The notes beneath the pieces were generated by a model, which had not been told where the DNA came from, ran no database searches, and saw only the letters and a program-made list of their open reading frames with translations. A stretch of 64,000 nucleotides of DNA, taken from positions 131,627 through 195,626 of the forward strand of contig MCFE01000054.1 in the NCBI GenBank assembly GCA_002104905.1, read 5' to 3'. Numbering within the stretch: the stretch's first letter is position 1; each line of letters opens with the position of its first letter. Source of the DNA: Basidiobolus meristosporus CBS 931.73 (Eukaryota > Fungi > Basidiobolomycota). A program made the translations under genes and the position numbers. This document shows, piece after piece, positions 1 to 13,234 of this stretch.

Positions 1-1472
1 TGTAGCAACTTGAATGTCAGTTGGGTGCTTGTTTTAAACTAGTGGTCAAGATAAATTCTACATGTGAGCACCTGGTGTCAAAATCTAATTAGTATATTGA
101 TTCATATCTGGCAGTAGATGGATCTAAATAACTTTAATAATCGCCCCTCGACACTTCGGCGGTTTCATTTCGGCCTGCATCTGGAAAATCTTTCTGCCCG
201 CTTTGGTAGGCAATTGGGCACGCAGAGGCTACAAGGTTTCACAGTAGCTAACTTGACAATCAACCAGGTTGGAATCACAGTGTAGTTACTCGCCTCGATA
301 GGCGAGGTTCTTGTTAATTCTAGTTGGCCAGAAACCGTCGCCTAGCGCGTACATGTGGCTACACCAGTGCGAGTTCACACAATGGCTGAGATGCGTTCTT
401 CAAGAAAATACATGTCATTGTCAATTCTTAGACCGACAGGTTTTTGATCACACATGCTCCATATCTGAGTGGCTGATGGGATAGCCATTCTCCCAGAAGT
501 TTAGCAATAGCCACTAGTGCCCATTTTGGTAGTTTCGTAAGCCTTCTGCAAAGACAGGAGGAATTGTACAATCGTGCTGTTTTCTTTTCCAGGAGTACTC
601 GTCAGTGCAAGAAGATGGCATCTGCATTACTATATTAAGCTAGAGACTCTTTGCTCGTTACTGGTTCGATTGCGGACGGTGGGTGATTGGATGAGCCCAA
701 TGTACTTGTGTTCATTACAGTCAATCAATTGTGGACATAGCTTTGACCTCTGCCTAATTTACGTAATGATCCAGAGTTTGCCAAATCAATTCTCTCTGGT
801 CCCATCAATCCGAAATCCATTTTTCCACGGCCATATTCAGAGACTTCTGCGGGTTTACCCTTTGCGAGTAGACGGCTGATAAAAAAATATGATTCCAGTG
901 TTGAAATAATTGGCCGGGCAATTGTCAAGAAACTAACTGGGGCGTTTTCCAAGGTCCTGAGGCCAGTGATGGTTCGCTGTAAAAATATATGGGGCTATAT
1001 CGCTTTTGCAGTCATCTGGGTAGTACAGCGGAGTTCTTTTGGAGCTGGTGGGGGGGGTTGATGGTTGTTGGAGGCATGGGATATTGAATCTAACGGATAT
1101 ATAGAATAAGATGGGAATATTTTCGATTTGAAGCGCTGGAATACCAACAGTAGGAAATCTGGGCATGTGATTTCAGAATTCACAAGCGAAAGTGATTGCA
1201 TGTTGCTTCTAAATACCTACTGTTGATTAGATGGTATTAGACATTGTCTTGGATGTTGGGATGTCCGACTGATATCATAAAATCCAGCTTGATACAAGTC
1301 TAAAACTCTCACTCAGTTCCCTCTAGCCAATTTGATCGAATATTTGGTTTGACCCCAGATTCATGCCAGGTGTGGGTGGAATACAGAGCAAATCATTATG
1401 TTGATTCTTACAGCTGCCACAGTAAATTTGCTGGTCAACACTGATAGTGAGCTCATGGAAGTGGCATCTTGA

Positions 1473-1819
1473 TGTTGTAAGAGTTTTGGAGATATTGGAG
1501 GTAATTGGGTGCACAAGTAGATTATGTGGTTTTCACTTGATGATTTATTAGATGTAAAAGTAGAACTTATTCTACGTGAGTGTTAAGTCAAGAACATGTC
1601 AAAGTATATGTTTAGGAAGGTCCCAAGAGCATGTGTGCAAAGTTTGGGGCTGTTTGGACAACTTTGAGATTTCTCATGTCCTGGGTAACTGATGTTTTGG
1701 TGAAATATTCTAAGTAAATCCCGACATGGAATTTGGCCAGAATTCTCTAAGGTTTGTTGACTACGATCTAAGTGACTAAGTCAAGTGAATATTTAGGTGT
1801 AATTACGAAATATACAACA
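1473..1819 (-). mobile_element. Degenerate solo LTR of the Copia family found at 9828-14870
   Basis: TGTTGTAAG...TACAACA termini; collinear with the 350-bp LTR at 9828-10177 but with many substitutions; no matching TSD (CTTGA / GTTTA). Confidence 0.85.
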
Positions 1820-2207
1820 GTTTAGGTGTCAGCAAACTGGAACCACAGACAGCTGAAAAATTGATGTAGTGGACAGATGGTTTATTATATTTACACAGAC
1901 TGTGGAGTATCAGCAATTTAACATCTTGGAGGAGGATATTACCAAAATGGACTGAGCAATGGTTGAATATGTTGGCAAGTTTCAACCAACAGAGCACGCG
2001 TTGCAACAGGAGATTGGTGGAGTTTATCTCTGAGGCCAGTTTTTCTAATCATTAGAGAGGTCTAATCTGAATGGAATCAAATCCAAGTAATCAGCAGGTA
2101 ATCTCAGAAGGAATTCTTTGGTATAGTTGATTTGTATTTGTCTAAGTAAGCCATCGAACTCTTGCTAACAAATCGTTGGGCACTTCTGGTTCTGTCGGAG
2201 CAATCGA

Positions 2208-3771
2208 CTAGTTCATCCGCGCTTTGGAGATGTTGAACTCCATATCGCTCGTTTGATAGGTCTCGTATGACTTTCGGGGAGCCGAACCGTCATAGAAATG
2301 TAAATATCCATTACCAGCGTCAGCAGCTTCCATTGATGTTGACGAGCGATTGGAGCTGATCCCCATTGCGTAGTGAATATCCATATTGTTGCGTGTGTAG
2401 GCATTATCGTGACTACCAGTTAGGCAATTGAAAAAGTACACGATACAACTGTAGATTTCTCGCACAAAATCCATTGGGTTCAGTGCGTCCACCAATGCCC
2501 GAAACACTGGCAGCCTATCCCGCCCTTTAGGTCGGTAACCGCGGTAATCAAATGCTTTAACGTGAAGGAATGAGAAAAATACCATCTCGACGCATATCAG
2601 TATTGCTTGGACACCGGTGGATATGTTGTGTTCCGTCCTGTAAACAAATGTTAGTGTCAGTTTCCGTTGACCCTGGTGGATATGTTCCACTCGTACCAGT
2701 ACTCCGTTTCTTTGATAATGCCTAATGCAGAGCTGATTAGTTCGGCGACCATGAGATTAGTATGACTGCGTGAATTTCCCCTACCGAATTGCACCAAGAC
2801 GCTCAAGAAAACATATTGCCAAAAAGAGAAAAATATCACCTAGTTGAGAAGTTAGAATACGTTTTGCATCCTAATATCCACACCACAGACTTACCAATTT
2901 TATACATAGGAATTTGTAGAACGGCTTGAATTGTTGGATCTCCTCGCATACTGTCATGTAGAAAATCACCAAGCAATACATGGCAATCGATACGGATGTA
3001 AACTCAATTGCTAAAATGTACACACGTCCATATTTCGGTGATAATGATTCAGGACACAGCGACCCCTTGGCCATAAAGATTACAGACAGGCTAGTAGTTA
3101 TTGGCCGAATGACAACGTACTGCAGGATGCCCCACTTGAGCCATTGAAGAAAATGGGGGCTGGCGGGATTGTATGTCCAGCAGCATAATGGGAACACGAG
3201 CTTGTTTTGTGGCCGTTTTTGGATTGCCTCTCGTTGAAGGTCGCCAGTATCTCCCAGATACTGTAGCAGGAGAATGAAGAAGCTGGCCAGAACAAACGCC
3301 TCGTAGCAGTCTCTTATAACCTCAAAGTAGATGGACTCCTGGTAGAAGCGGTAGGATAGCCAGGATATTACGGCATAGATGGGAACCATCAGCACTATAC
3401 GTATAATGTATCGCTGCTGGTTCGGCTGTTATTTGTTAGAGATAGTCAGCCTCAATACGACAGATGTTGGTCTCCCACTCAGGAATCGCCAGAAATATTG
3501 CACCTACCTTAGTGTAAAATTGCGCGTGCTTATAGATCAGAAAGAAGGAGATTGAGGCTGCCATCACAGCGCACACGCCTGAAAACATCCAGCCAAGATG
3601 AGAGGCTGTTGTGTAACCAATTCGAATAAAGTACAATGCCTTTAGAATTGTTGATAAATATTCGCGAAAGAAGGCTACTAATGTAACAACGTTCTAACCT
3701 CTTATCTCATTCCAGGAACGAAACGCCTCAGGATCCGAGCCTTTGACAACCCAGCATATATCCGATAACAT
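2208..3771 (-). CDS. TMEM184 / organic solute transporter OST-alpha (DUF300) family membrane protein, multi-exon
   Basis: Spliced by eye with short GT-AG introns. Contains PNQQRYIIRIVLMVPIYAVISWLSYRFY..YFEVIRDCYEAFVLASFF and KFLCIKLVIFFSFWQ, motifs typical of the family. ATG at 3771, stop at 2208. Confidence 0.9.
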
Positions 3772-4636
3772 ATGGGGAATACGGTGCTCCAAGTCGTTTG
3801 GCTTAAATGCTGTTTATCGGCGATGGTGATGTCTTGATATCAACGGGTAAGAAATTCGACTAAACGGTACAATTTCAATCTATAGTAAGAAGGAAGCCAG
3901 CGTGTGTTTGAAAGCGGGATTCAAGGGAAATGGTGGTGGAAGATGATAAGAGGCTACAAGTGTGTAGACATCGTTATCTAACTAAAAGCCAGGAATAACT
4001 CGGATGCCTAAGGTTTTATTCATTTCGGAAGTTAACTCATAGCATACCTGACCTGCATGTATTTCAGAAAGAACGTGCAGGAAATGCGGATCTTTATGCA
4101 GCCCCGAAGTCCAGCATTTTCTGGGCTAAATCAACATAATTATGTGCAGCCCTTCCTGAGTGTATTGATAATGGGCCCAATTCTATTTTAAGGCCAACAG
4201 AATTGTACCATTGAATGCGAATGTGAAGCAGCAAGAAAAAATACATAACAGAACAATCAGGGACCACTCGTGACTCCATCGATTCGCTGCACCGATATGC
4301 TCTGACAAGGCATCTCCTACTTGGCGATGTTTGTGCATGTCGGAGTATATTTCAAAGTGCTTGTTATTTTGTCTGTTTGAGGCTGCAGGGAGCATAAGTG
4401 TGTGAGTAGGAAATCTCTTCAATCGTCATAATGTGTGTTGGGTGGCCATATTGAGCAACCAGAAAGAGATTGCAAGAACGCCTTTATTTAGATGCAATGG
4501 TTCTGGATAAGTTAGCAGTTATGGAATGTTTGTATCAATGTCTTGAGGCCAATGTGAGAATAGTGTTTGTCAGTACATCCATGCAGCCTACAAATTCCTC
4601 AGCTCCTGGCTGGAATCATCCATTACGATTGGTGGG

Positions 4637-5168
4637 CTAGTGGTGCCTTACTTCCGCTGTTGTTGCAAGTGTATCCTGCGAAAACAGCAAAAATCCGATA
4701 AATGCGCCCAGGATTACACTGAGCATCAGAAACCCGTTGAAGGTCATGAAGACCAGCATCAGGCAAAATGATATTGAAACCTGAATTGCATACATTGTGG
4801 AACGAGCCAGTTGCTCAGTGTACGTTGGCTTTAAACGAATATCGGGTTTCATATCAACAAACAGGTGGGGATTTCTATTTACTTGATTAACAGTTCCCCT
4901 GCGCATCAGTATCTGATGATCCAATACCCGGATGACCAGTCGGACCAACTCGTAAGTCAAGGAGAGGCAGAAAGTTCCCAGACAAATCGCCAGTACCCCC
5001 GTAAGTGTCTGAATTTCCCAGCCACCAAACACTACGCACAAATTCTGATAATCCCAGTTCAGCGTCATCTACCATGAGTGAAGTTGTCTAAATTGGGCCG
5101 CTGATGATATCGAGTGTAGATGAACATACCTGGCCCATACACGGACTTCTTGAGGAGTGGTGATCCAT
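4637..5168 (-). CDS. Ctr-family copper transporter (Ctr2-like)
   Basis: Exon 1 (5168-5130) gives MDHHSSRSPCMGQ; GT-AG intron 5129-5069; exon 2 begins MTLNWD. Three hydrophobic segments and an MxxxM motif (MLVFMTFNG) followed by GAFIG (GxxxG). Confidence 0.88.
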
Positions 5169-6763
5169 GAGTGTTCTATCCCAGGATATTGATTTCACGT
5201 GGATGCGTCGATGTACGGCTAAGGAGGCGCAATGTGGCGGGGGATACACAAGCTGTAGCTCTTGGCTAAGAGAAGGCAGGCGCCTGACAAGATGGGTCCT
5301 CGTAAAATAGATTATTCCTGAGCACTGAGCTTTTTTATCTAGAAGATTCCAACTCGTTCGAAACCTCGCGTGTACCAGACTGACAACGTTTGGTGAGAGC
5401 CATAATTTCCGGACTGACGGAGATTAAATTGACTGTCAGTGAAGAACTGCAACAATAGAATGTATGAGACTGGACACTGGTTCACTCAAGGTTAAGTAGC
5501 TAGAAGGTGGGGATTAAGGGGTTGAGTATACGATGGGTTTTATTTGCGCAGCCTAGTCCAAAACACCAATCACCATCCATGAGAGCAGTTCGTCAAGCAT
5601 TCCTTATCACTTCGTGAGATGATAAGCTCAATATGACAAGTTGTGAAGCCACCCGGACCCTAGGAATGGCTGGGGATCCCAAGCGCTGTGTCTAATGTCA
5701 AGAAAGGCATTCTCCCATAATCAGCTTTGGCGTTCAGACTAATCGCACACTGATATCGTACTGGATCAATCCCATTCAGTCATGCCTTGTGATGACCGGT
5801 ATTTAGATGAGTGTAGGTGATTGATCTGTAAAACGGCCCTGATCCCATTCTTTCCCGGTACCTTGGAAGTTCGCTGGCATGACTGGATTCCTCCTAACGT
5901 GAAAAAAGCTACATAATCTTTGGCAGCATACTTAGCCTATGGCCAGATTACAATATAGCCATCTTCTTGGCAGTAACAGTATACGAGAAGTATTGAGGCA
6001 CAGCTAAACGTTTCCGATGCCCATGAGGAGTAATCCGACTAATTTTATCCAGCACAGACTCTCATTAGATCAAGCCATCTCCTTCAAACCATCAATTGAT
6101 GCGAGGACCTATTTCGACGCCCTTGGGCGAATTTGTGGGAGCAGCTGGCGCTTACCTCCGATCAAATGTGTTCCCCATGTGGCAAACCAAGCCCATTGAT
6201 ACGAAGCTGATTGATGGCTGATGAATCTATATATAGTGCATCTTCGGTACAAACACGTCAAGCGGATAGTTACAACGTCGTTATTGGTGGGTTCGAGAAA
6301 AGCAATGAAAAGGATCCCATCCACAATTGGCGGGTTACACTGATAATGCTCACACCACCGTAGATTTAGTTTATTTTCCGCAAATCCATATTTTGGCACA
6401 CTCCCCGTCATGTCCGTCATTGCATTTCCCAACTCGATTTTATATATACATGCTATATATACACTGATCGTTGTCATGGGTGATTGGCTTATGATTGAAT
6501 TTAAATTAAATGATGGAAATAGCAAATGACTATTTCCATTTATGACATCATCTCGATGAAAGCCATCCTTTTTAAGGCATAGACAGCTTTCACTGCTCCT
6601 GCAATTCTTCGTCTCAGTAACTCTGCAAACTCACTTGGCGGATCTTAATTTTCGAGGTTCCTTTCCACACATCGGTGTTTGTACGCTTTCAATAGCCCGT
6701 TTCTATTACATAGCCCCTTCAACTCATTTCTTGTACGATATACTGGCATACCAGAACAGTACA

Positions 6764-8083
6764 ATGTATCTGGCGAGTAAAACCATAAGCGCGCTCCCGA
6801 CTGTCACTGCTGACGGCCTTGTTGGGACTAATGAGAAGGGCGGATTTTTCAATTTGAAACATCGCTATTCGAAGAAACTCAACTCAGCACCCGGGTTTTC
6901 CAAGGACCTCCTCTCCAAAGGGTCCCAGGAGGTGAAGGGGTTTATGGCCCGTATCGAAATCTCCTCCAGCATCATCTTTTGCCTTTACTGTCTACTGTGG
7001 TATTCTACCTCCTCCATCACCAATAACATTGGCAAGACCATTTTGACGCACTTTTCCTACCCCGTCACACTTACATTTGTCCAGTTCGGGCTGGTAGCTG
7101 TGCTTGCCTTCGTAATTGGGCATGTGTTTGGCCTCACTACGATTCAGGCTCCCACCAGGGATATCCTTCTGCCCACCCTGCCTATCAGCTTGTTTGCGAT
7201 TGGAGGCCATGTATTCTCCAGTGTTGCTCTTTCGCAGGTCCCGGTCAGTTTCGTCCACACCGTCAAGGTACGCTCCTTTGCAGTGCTCCACATTGCTTTA
7301 CCACACACTAAATGTTAGTTCCCAATATAGGCTTTAGCTCCTTTGTTTACTGTGATGCTTCACAAATTTATATACAACACCGAATATCCAAGCGGCGTCT
7401 ACGTCTCTTTGCTCCCTCTTACATTGGGAGTGATGCTAGCTTTTACTTTCCAGATGACTGTGTCATTTACCGGCTTCGCTTATGCGCTTATATCTTGTAT
7501 AATTTTCGTTGTGCAAAACATGTTCTCCAAAAGAGTCCTTTCAAAAGACCGGAAGAAGCTGGACAAACTGAATATCCTGTTTTACTCCTCTCTTTGCTCA
7601 TTCACGCTGATGCTCCCGCTCTGGTTCTATTCCGAAGGGTTTCATCTTCTTTTCAGTGAGCATTCGATCACACTTTCTTCGATCTCCACTAGTCAACTAC
7701 TGCTTGACTACTTCTTGAATGGGCTCTCTCATTTTGCGCAGATCATGTCTTCCTTTACCGTTCTCTCGCTAACAACTACCGTCACGTATTCCATCGCCAG
7801 TTTATTCAAGCGAGTGTTTGTAATTGTTACTGCCATCATATGGTTCCGCCAATCGGTTAGTTTCATGCAGGTTGTTGGATTTGCCTTGACTTTCTATGGG
7901 CTCTACCTCTACGACCAATCCAAAACACGAAAGAACCTCGAGGCTCCGCTAACGGATCCCAAGCGTGGGGAGATTCTACCGACGTTTGCCAACGACAAAG
8001 ATGGCTCCAAGGTCACCACTTGGTGGCAAATTCAGCCCCAGGATCTCAAGTCGCATCGCCAATATCACAGTAAACCTGAGTAA
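6764..8083 (+). CDS. Triose-phosphate/nucleotide-sugar transporter family protein (SLC35E1/Sly41-like)
   Basis: CLLWYSTSSITNNIGKTIL, FSYPVTLTFVQF and, across intron 7268-7330, SFVHTVKALAPLFTV; also KLDKLNILFYSS and YSIASLFKRVFVI. About 9-10 TM segments. Confidence 0.9.
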
Positions 8084-8364
8084 ATGTCTGGGATGCTGGT
8101 TCCAAACTGGATATATCCAACTCAGCCTTGTAGGGTAATTGGGTTGTTCGCGTTCACATTTTCGCTATTCTTGATCTCTTTTGTGCTCAATGTAGCTATA
8201 CGCCTGTATATTGGTGACGTCTTTTTAACCGTATTACTACCCTTTTTGCTGCATTTTTATTGTTTAAAACCTATCAACACGGTTGTAACCATGAATCGCC
8301 TATCAATATATATATTCACTATTCACTGTGTTGCTGAACCCAGATATGTAATAAAGCTTAAACT

Positions 8365-8569
8365 TTGAAATTCTAATTACACCTAAATAGTCTATTAGCT
8401 TATCACTGAGATCATAGTATATGAATCTTGGAATATCTTGGTAAAATACTCCAGGTAAATTGTGTAAAAGTATAATTACCTCTCCTACATTTAATAAATC
8501 ATCATGTGAAAACCACATAATCAACTTGTTCTCCCAATCACTCCCAATGTCTCCAAGATTCTTATAACA
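8365..8569 (+). mobile_element. Internally deleted, degenerate LTR relic of the same Copia family
   Basis: The 3' part (GAAAACCACATAATCAACTTGTTCTCCCAATCAC...CTTATAACA) matches the reverse complement of the 9828 LTR. The left boundary is approximate. Confidence 0.65.
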
Positions 8570-8628
8570 GCTTCTACATGATAAAGAAGCTGGGTTGCAT
8601 ATGGGGCTTCTTGTACCCCATATTAATA

Positions 8629-9390
8629 CTTGTAAAAATTTGTAATTCCACTTCAATATTCACCTAAGTTAGTTACTTAGATCATTATCCACAAATCTTG
8701 GTGAGTGCTGACCAAGTTCCTTGTTGGGATTTAATTAGATTATTTTCACCAAAGTATCAGGTACCCAGAACATGAAAATTCTAAGAGCTGTCTAAGCGGC
8801 CCCAAACTTTGCACATATGCTCTTGGAGGCTTTCTGAGCATATTATACATGTTCATTGTGCCAAACTAGGTAAAAGTATAAAAACTACTCTTACATCCAA
8901 TAAATTGTCAAGTGATAGCCACATAATCTACTTCTTCTCCCAATCACTTGCAATATCTCCAAGATTCTTGCAACAGGCTATAGTCCACAAGCTGTTGCTC
9001 TCTGCAATCTCTATTACTGCTATTACTGGAATATTTCTTTGCTGAAAAGTTGGATGGATCTAACTACCATGTGTGGAAGGTGAAGATGAAGATGCTGCTG
9101 CAAGATTGAGGCCTTTGGAATATTGCCATTGGAAAAGAATGCCCTCTTAAAAACATAGGTTAGGAAGCCTCAAAATATTGGAAGAAAGAATAAAGTGCTT
9201 TCAACTGCATTTGCTGTAATGATAAAGACAAATTGCTGATTCAATGCTCAAGAGCAAAAATGGCAAAAAATACCTGGAATGCATTAGAAGACATCTACCA
9301 GTCATGTTCAGCTGCTGACAAGATGTATCTTAGACAAAAACTCTTTACCACAAAGATGCTGCTAGGAGAAGAAATGAAAAATCTAATTAG
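8629..9390 (+). mobile_element. Old truncated Copia copy: 5' LTR (8629-8975), decayed PBS and pseudogenised gag start
   Basis: Collinear with the reverse complement of ~14100-14870 (e.g. GCTGAAAAGTTGGATGGATCTAACTACC, GACATCTACCAGTCATGTTCAGCTGC), with stops and frameshifts. Confidence 0.9.
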
Positions 9391-9827
9391 CCACCACTAT
9401 GAAAAATAATTGTAATGATCCTGTCAAAAGGCCATCACAAAATTGTAGTCCCATGGCTAAGAGGTAATGATCCTATCAGGACACCATGCAATGAGCACTA
9501 AAAAAAATGCACCCAGATTTCAGAGCTACACTCCAGTGAGGTAGATGCATATGCAGAGAAAGCCAATTTGCCAACCACAGCCTCCACATCCTCCATTGTT
9601 GACAGAGTGTAGATCCTGCTGACAGACAAAGCTACAACATCACAAACTCAAAAGGTAAGCACCATGCCTTCTGTGGAATTTTGGAACATTAATAGGCACA
9701 CCAAGAGGTTGCAGCACTTCTTCAAGAGCAGTGCTCAAGAAAACACACTTGAATATTGCAAGGAGTTCTTGCAAAGACTAGAAGATGAGGTGCTAGACCT
9801 TGCAGTGCTGGCTGAAGACCAGAACAT

Positions 9828-10177
9828 TGTTGTAAGAGTCTTGGAGATATTGGAAGTGATTGGGAGAACAAGTAGATTATGTGGTTTTCACTTAATGATT
9901 TATTGAATGTAAAAGTGGTATTTATACTTTTACATGGTCTTGGCATTACAAACACGTAGAATAGGTTAAGGAAGGTCCCAAGAACATGTGTGCAAAGTTT
10001 GGGGCTGTTTGGACAACTTTGAGAATTTTCATGTTCTGGGTACCTGGTATTTTGGTGAAAAGATTCTAAGTAAATCCCGACAAGGAATTTGGTCAGTATT
10101 CTCTAGGATTTGAAGGTGGTGATCTAAGTGACTAAGTTAGGTGAATATTTAGGTGGAAAATACGAATTTTTACAACA
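9828..10177 (-). repeat. 3' LTR of the Copia element
   Basis: 350 bp; directly follows the PPT on the minus strand. Confidence 0.95.
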
Positions 10178-10186
10178 CTCCCACTC
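10178..10186 (-). other. Polypurine tract
   Basis: GAGTGGGAG on the minus strand, between the pol stop codon and the 3' LTR. Confidence 0.85.
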
Positions 10187-10188
10187 AG

Positions 10189-12883
10189 CTAAATGTTCAT
10201 ACTGACTAGTCCTAATTTTGACCTAAGATATTCAAACTTGTCTCTAGCTAATGGTTTGGTAAATATGTCTGCAATCATTTCATCTGTAGGACAGTAAACT
10301 AAGCTAACTAAGTTATTCTCTATAGCTTCACGTACGAAATGATGTCTAATATCTATGTGCTTGGTTCTAGCATGAAAAGTTGGATTTCTACCTAATTGTA
10401 TACATCCTTGATTATCTTGAAATAAAGTAATAGGCGTTTTTTGACATAGGCCTAAATCTGCAAAGAGCTTTCTTAACCACATTGCTTCTTTTGTAGCTTC
10501 ACAGGCTGCCATATACTCTGCCTCTGTAGTAGAAAGTGCTACGGTTGGTTGCTTTCTTGAATTCCATGAAATTGCTCCTTTACAGTAAAGAAAGGTGTAT
10601 CCTGTGGTGGATCTTCTGTCTTCCAAATTTTGTCCCCAATCAGCATCAGAGTATCCCACAAGATCCTGTTCTGAATCCTTATAAGTGTATCTTAAGCAGA
10701 TATCAGCAGTTCCTTTTAGGTATCTAAAAATCCGCTTAACTGCTGCAATATGATCAGATCCATAATTCTGATTATGTTGGCTGACAACTCCCACTGAATA
10801 TGAGATATCTGGACGTGTTCCAAGCATGATATACATCAGACTGCCGACCATAGATTGATAAGGAAAGTCAGGGCTTTCAGATGGCACCAAGCTCTCTTGA
10901 TTTGGTTGAGTTTTGACCAAGTTAAGGTTTGTCTCCATTGGGGTAGCTGCCGGTTTACAGTCTTCCATTTTGTACTTCTTTAGTATATCTTGAATATACT
11001 TGGATTGGCTTAGGGTAATAGTCTGGGTACTTCTGTCTATGGAGAACTTAATCCCTAAGTAGTAACTAAGTTCTCCTAGATCGGACATCTTGAACTCCTT
11101 AGATAGGCTGGATTTAGTCTCTTCCAATGTTTCTAGGTTATTGGCGGCTATAATAAGATCATCCACATATAGAGCTAATAGAACTGGATTTGCCCTATCT
11201 GGCTTATAGTATATACTATAGTCAGCATTACTCCTTTTGAAACTCAAAGATTCCAAATAAGAATCTATCTTGCAATTCCAGGCTCTCGGTGATTGTTTGA
11301 GACCATATAGTGACTTTTTAAGCTTGCAGACCAAATGGGGGTTATCTTGGTCAACAAACCCATCAGGCTGGTCCATATACACGTCCTCATCAAGTTCTCC
11401 ATTCAAAAATGCAGTTTTTACATCCATTTGATGAATAAAAAACTTATATTTGGCTGCAATAGCCAATATTAATCTGATGGAATTAAACTTGGCTACCGGT
11501 GCAAAGGTCTCAGTATAGTCAAGTCCTTTTGTTTGAGAGTATCCTTTGGCTACAAGTCTTGCTTTGTATCTTTCAATTGTACCATCAGCCTTGTACTTTG
11601 TCTTGAAGACCCATCTGCATCCAATTGATTTTCGGTTGATTGGTAATTTGACTAAGTCCCAAGTTTGATTTTCCATCAGGGCCTGATATTCCTCAGTCAT
11701 TGCAGATCTCCAAAACTTTGTCTGAGGGCTATTTAGGGCCTCTTTTACAGTCTGGGGTTCATCAACATGGACTGAATAGGCATAGGCTAAGTTTGTACCC
11801 TCATTGATATAGTAATTTGGGCTATTTCTTGTCCGATTGGATCTCCGGGCATTTGATACTGGAATGATCACTTCTGGGATATTCCTGGGCACTGATTCTG
11901 GCTGAACCACGGTTGTAGAGTCCTCTGGAGTGAAAAAATTTTCATTGTTTTGCTCTGATTCAATCCTGACAATTGGTGGACTTGAGATCAAATTTTCGTC
12001 ATCATCTGATGTCATTTTTTGTGAAAATTTTGAATTTTCATCAAACAACACATCCCTGGACTTGATCAGCTTCTTTGCTTCGGTATTGTAGAGTCTGTAT
12101 GCCTTACTCTCATTGCAGTAGCCCAAAAATATGCATTTTACACTTTTTGGCTCAAATTTTGACTGATTTCCGGCCAGTTTTTTGGCATATGCTGTACACC
12201 CAAATATTCTTAGATGTTCTGCACTTGGTCTGTATCCATACCATGCTTCAAATGGAGTAGAATCACGAAGTATTCTGTTATAACTCCTATTTTTAAGATA
12301 TACAGCAGTGGCAACTGATTCCGCCCAAAAATCATAGGATAATTTTTGATCATGGATCATAGATCTTGCCATATCAATTATTGATCTATTAGCTCGTTCT
12401 GCTACTCCATTTTGCTGTGGGGAGTATGGTACAGTAGTCTCTTGCTTTATCCCATGAATTTTGCAGAAGTGGATGAAGAGTTTTGAGGTATATTCTCCAC
12501 CATTGTCAGAGCGTATTTTCTTGATTTTTTCACCAGTTTCTCTCTCCACCATGGCTTTAAACTCCCTGAGCTTAGACAGAGCTTCTTCCTTTCTCTCCAT
12601 GAAGTAGACCCATGTGTATCTTGTATAATCATCAATAAAAGTGATTAAATACTTCATCCCGCCTAAGGATAAATTTTGCATAGGTCCACACAGATCTGAG
12701 TGAATTAGATCTAATTTTTTCTTAGTTTTGATTAACCCAGAGCTCTTGAACGGTTGTCTGGCTTGTTTCCCATATATGCAGGCTTCACAGTGCTCCAAAT
12801 TAGCTGGGGGATCAATTTTCACTCCAGAAATTAGCTGATCTTTGATCATTTTACGCAAATAATCAAAATTGATGTGTCCAAAT
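10189..12883 (-). CDS. Copia pol segment: integrase, reverse transcriptase, RNase H
   Basis: GHINF..CEACIYGKQ (zinc-binding region); LIHSDLCGP, DNGGEY and PQQNGVAERANR (integrase); YKARLVAKG, QMDVKTAFLNG, LYGLKQSPRAW and LYVDDL (RT); YSDADW, TEAEY, QDNQG and RTKHIDIRHHF (RNase H). Confidence 0.95.
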
Positions 12884-13234
12884 TGTTGTAAGAGTCTTGG
12901 AGATATTGGAAGTGATTTTGGAGAACAAGTAGATTATGTGGTTTTCACTTAATGATTTATTGAATGTAAAAGTAGTATTTATACTTTTACATGGTCTTGG
13001 CATTACAAACACGTAGAATAGGTTAAGGAAGGTCCCAAGAACATGTGTGCAAAGTTTGGGGCTGTTTGGACAACTTTGAGAATTTTCATGTTCTGGGTAC
13101 CTGGTATTTTGGTGAAAATATTCTAAGTAAATCCCAACAAGGAATTTGGTCAGTATTATCTAGGATTTGAAGGTGATGATCTAAGTGACTAAGTTAGGTG
13201 AATATTTAGGTGTAAAATACGAATTTTTACAACA
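12884..13234 (-). mobile_element. Nested solo LTR (351 bp) of the same Copia family inside gag-pol
   Basis: Flanked by 5-bp TSD CAAAT (12879-12883 and 13235-13239). Removing it restores LWHRRF-GHINFDYLRKM in frame. Confidence 0.95.

Noticed and set aside
700-1200. Possible glycosyltransferase family 8 pseudogene on the minus strand (NYFNTGIIFFYQPS)
   Set aside because: Only one short motif-like match, no DxD motif found, and several stops.
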